From Planctomycetota bacterium (lineage in GTDB: Bacteria; Planctomycetota; UBA1135; GCA-002748355), in contig DROQ01000132.1 of the NCBI GenBank assembly GCA_011321845.1, positions 1,796 to 65,795 on the forward strand: a stretch of 64,000 nucleotides of DNA. The letters run 5' to 3'. A program made the position numbers and the translations under genes. Below are positions 63,959 through 64,000 of this stretch, piece after piece (position 1 is the stretch's first letter; the number at the start of each line of letters is the position of its first letter). Under the pieces are notes generated by a model. It saw nothing but the letters and a program-made list of their open reading frames with translations. It was not told where the DNA came from and made no database searches.

Positions 63959-64000
63959 GATCTTTGTCCTTTTGTTTGAATCGAACGTGTTTGGATTGAA

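Noticed and set aside
1-64000. Mobile elements, prophage, defence islands, CRISPR-cas, toxin-antitoxin pairs, biosynthetic gene clusters.
   Set aside because: I saw no integrase, transposase, recombinase, reverse transcriptase, cas, restriction-modification, terminase or capsid motifs, and no core BGC enzyme motifs in any frame. No GC-skewed island was found apart from short AT-richer promoter regions.

Overview
High-GC (roughly 60%) bacterial chromosomal segment. It is densely coding, with about 60 genes, many translationally coupled by 4-nt ATGA/GTGA overlaps. I saw no rRNA, tRNA, transposase, integrase, cas or phage genes. Most very long ORFs in the track are antisense shadows of real genes, typical of high-GC DNA. 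Content in order: sugar/redox enzymes and an FGE-type enzyme; a FemAB-like/deacetylase pair; a tryptophanase/tyrosine phenol-lyase; a peroxiredoxin; speA; several secreted proteins; and queF. A long minus-strand run follows: tandem Usp, then a coupled GT9/GT39/LAB_N/GT2/methyltransferase envelope-glycosylation operon, ADP-forming acetyl-CoA synthetase, a DUF481 outer-membrane protein and a GT-C protein. After that come ino1, an XRE regulator, a TolB-like protein, a hybrid histidine kinase, an SDR/M28-PDZ/elbB operon, a pseudopilin cluster with a TPR protein, a response regulator, groES-groEL, a histidine kinase with a TPR-type sigma54 activator, a HEAT-repeat protein, a leucine-catabolism (methylcrotonyl-CoA carboxylase) cluster and a small basic protein. 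Most notable findings: (1) the peroxiredoxin has an in-frame TGA exactly at the peroxidatic Cys codon with a downstream hairpin, so it is a candidate selenoprotein. (2) An 80-aa protein combines a Lys-rich tail with a histone-fold-like (DUF1931/HMf-like) core. (3) Two near-consensus sigma54 promoters have upstream repeat or palindrome elements, next to an enhancer-binding protein whose Walker B acidic pair is lost. (4) An orphan three-pseudopilin cluster includes a 686-aa member carrying an internally repeated K/T/V/Q/Y-rich module. (5) Several structured intergenic tandem repeats, one with CRISPR-like 36+30 bp periodicity. All family assignments rest on motif recognition by eye, not database searches.
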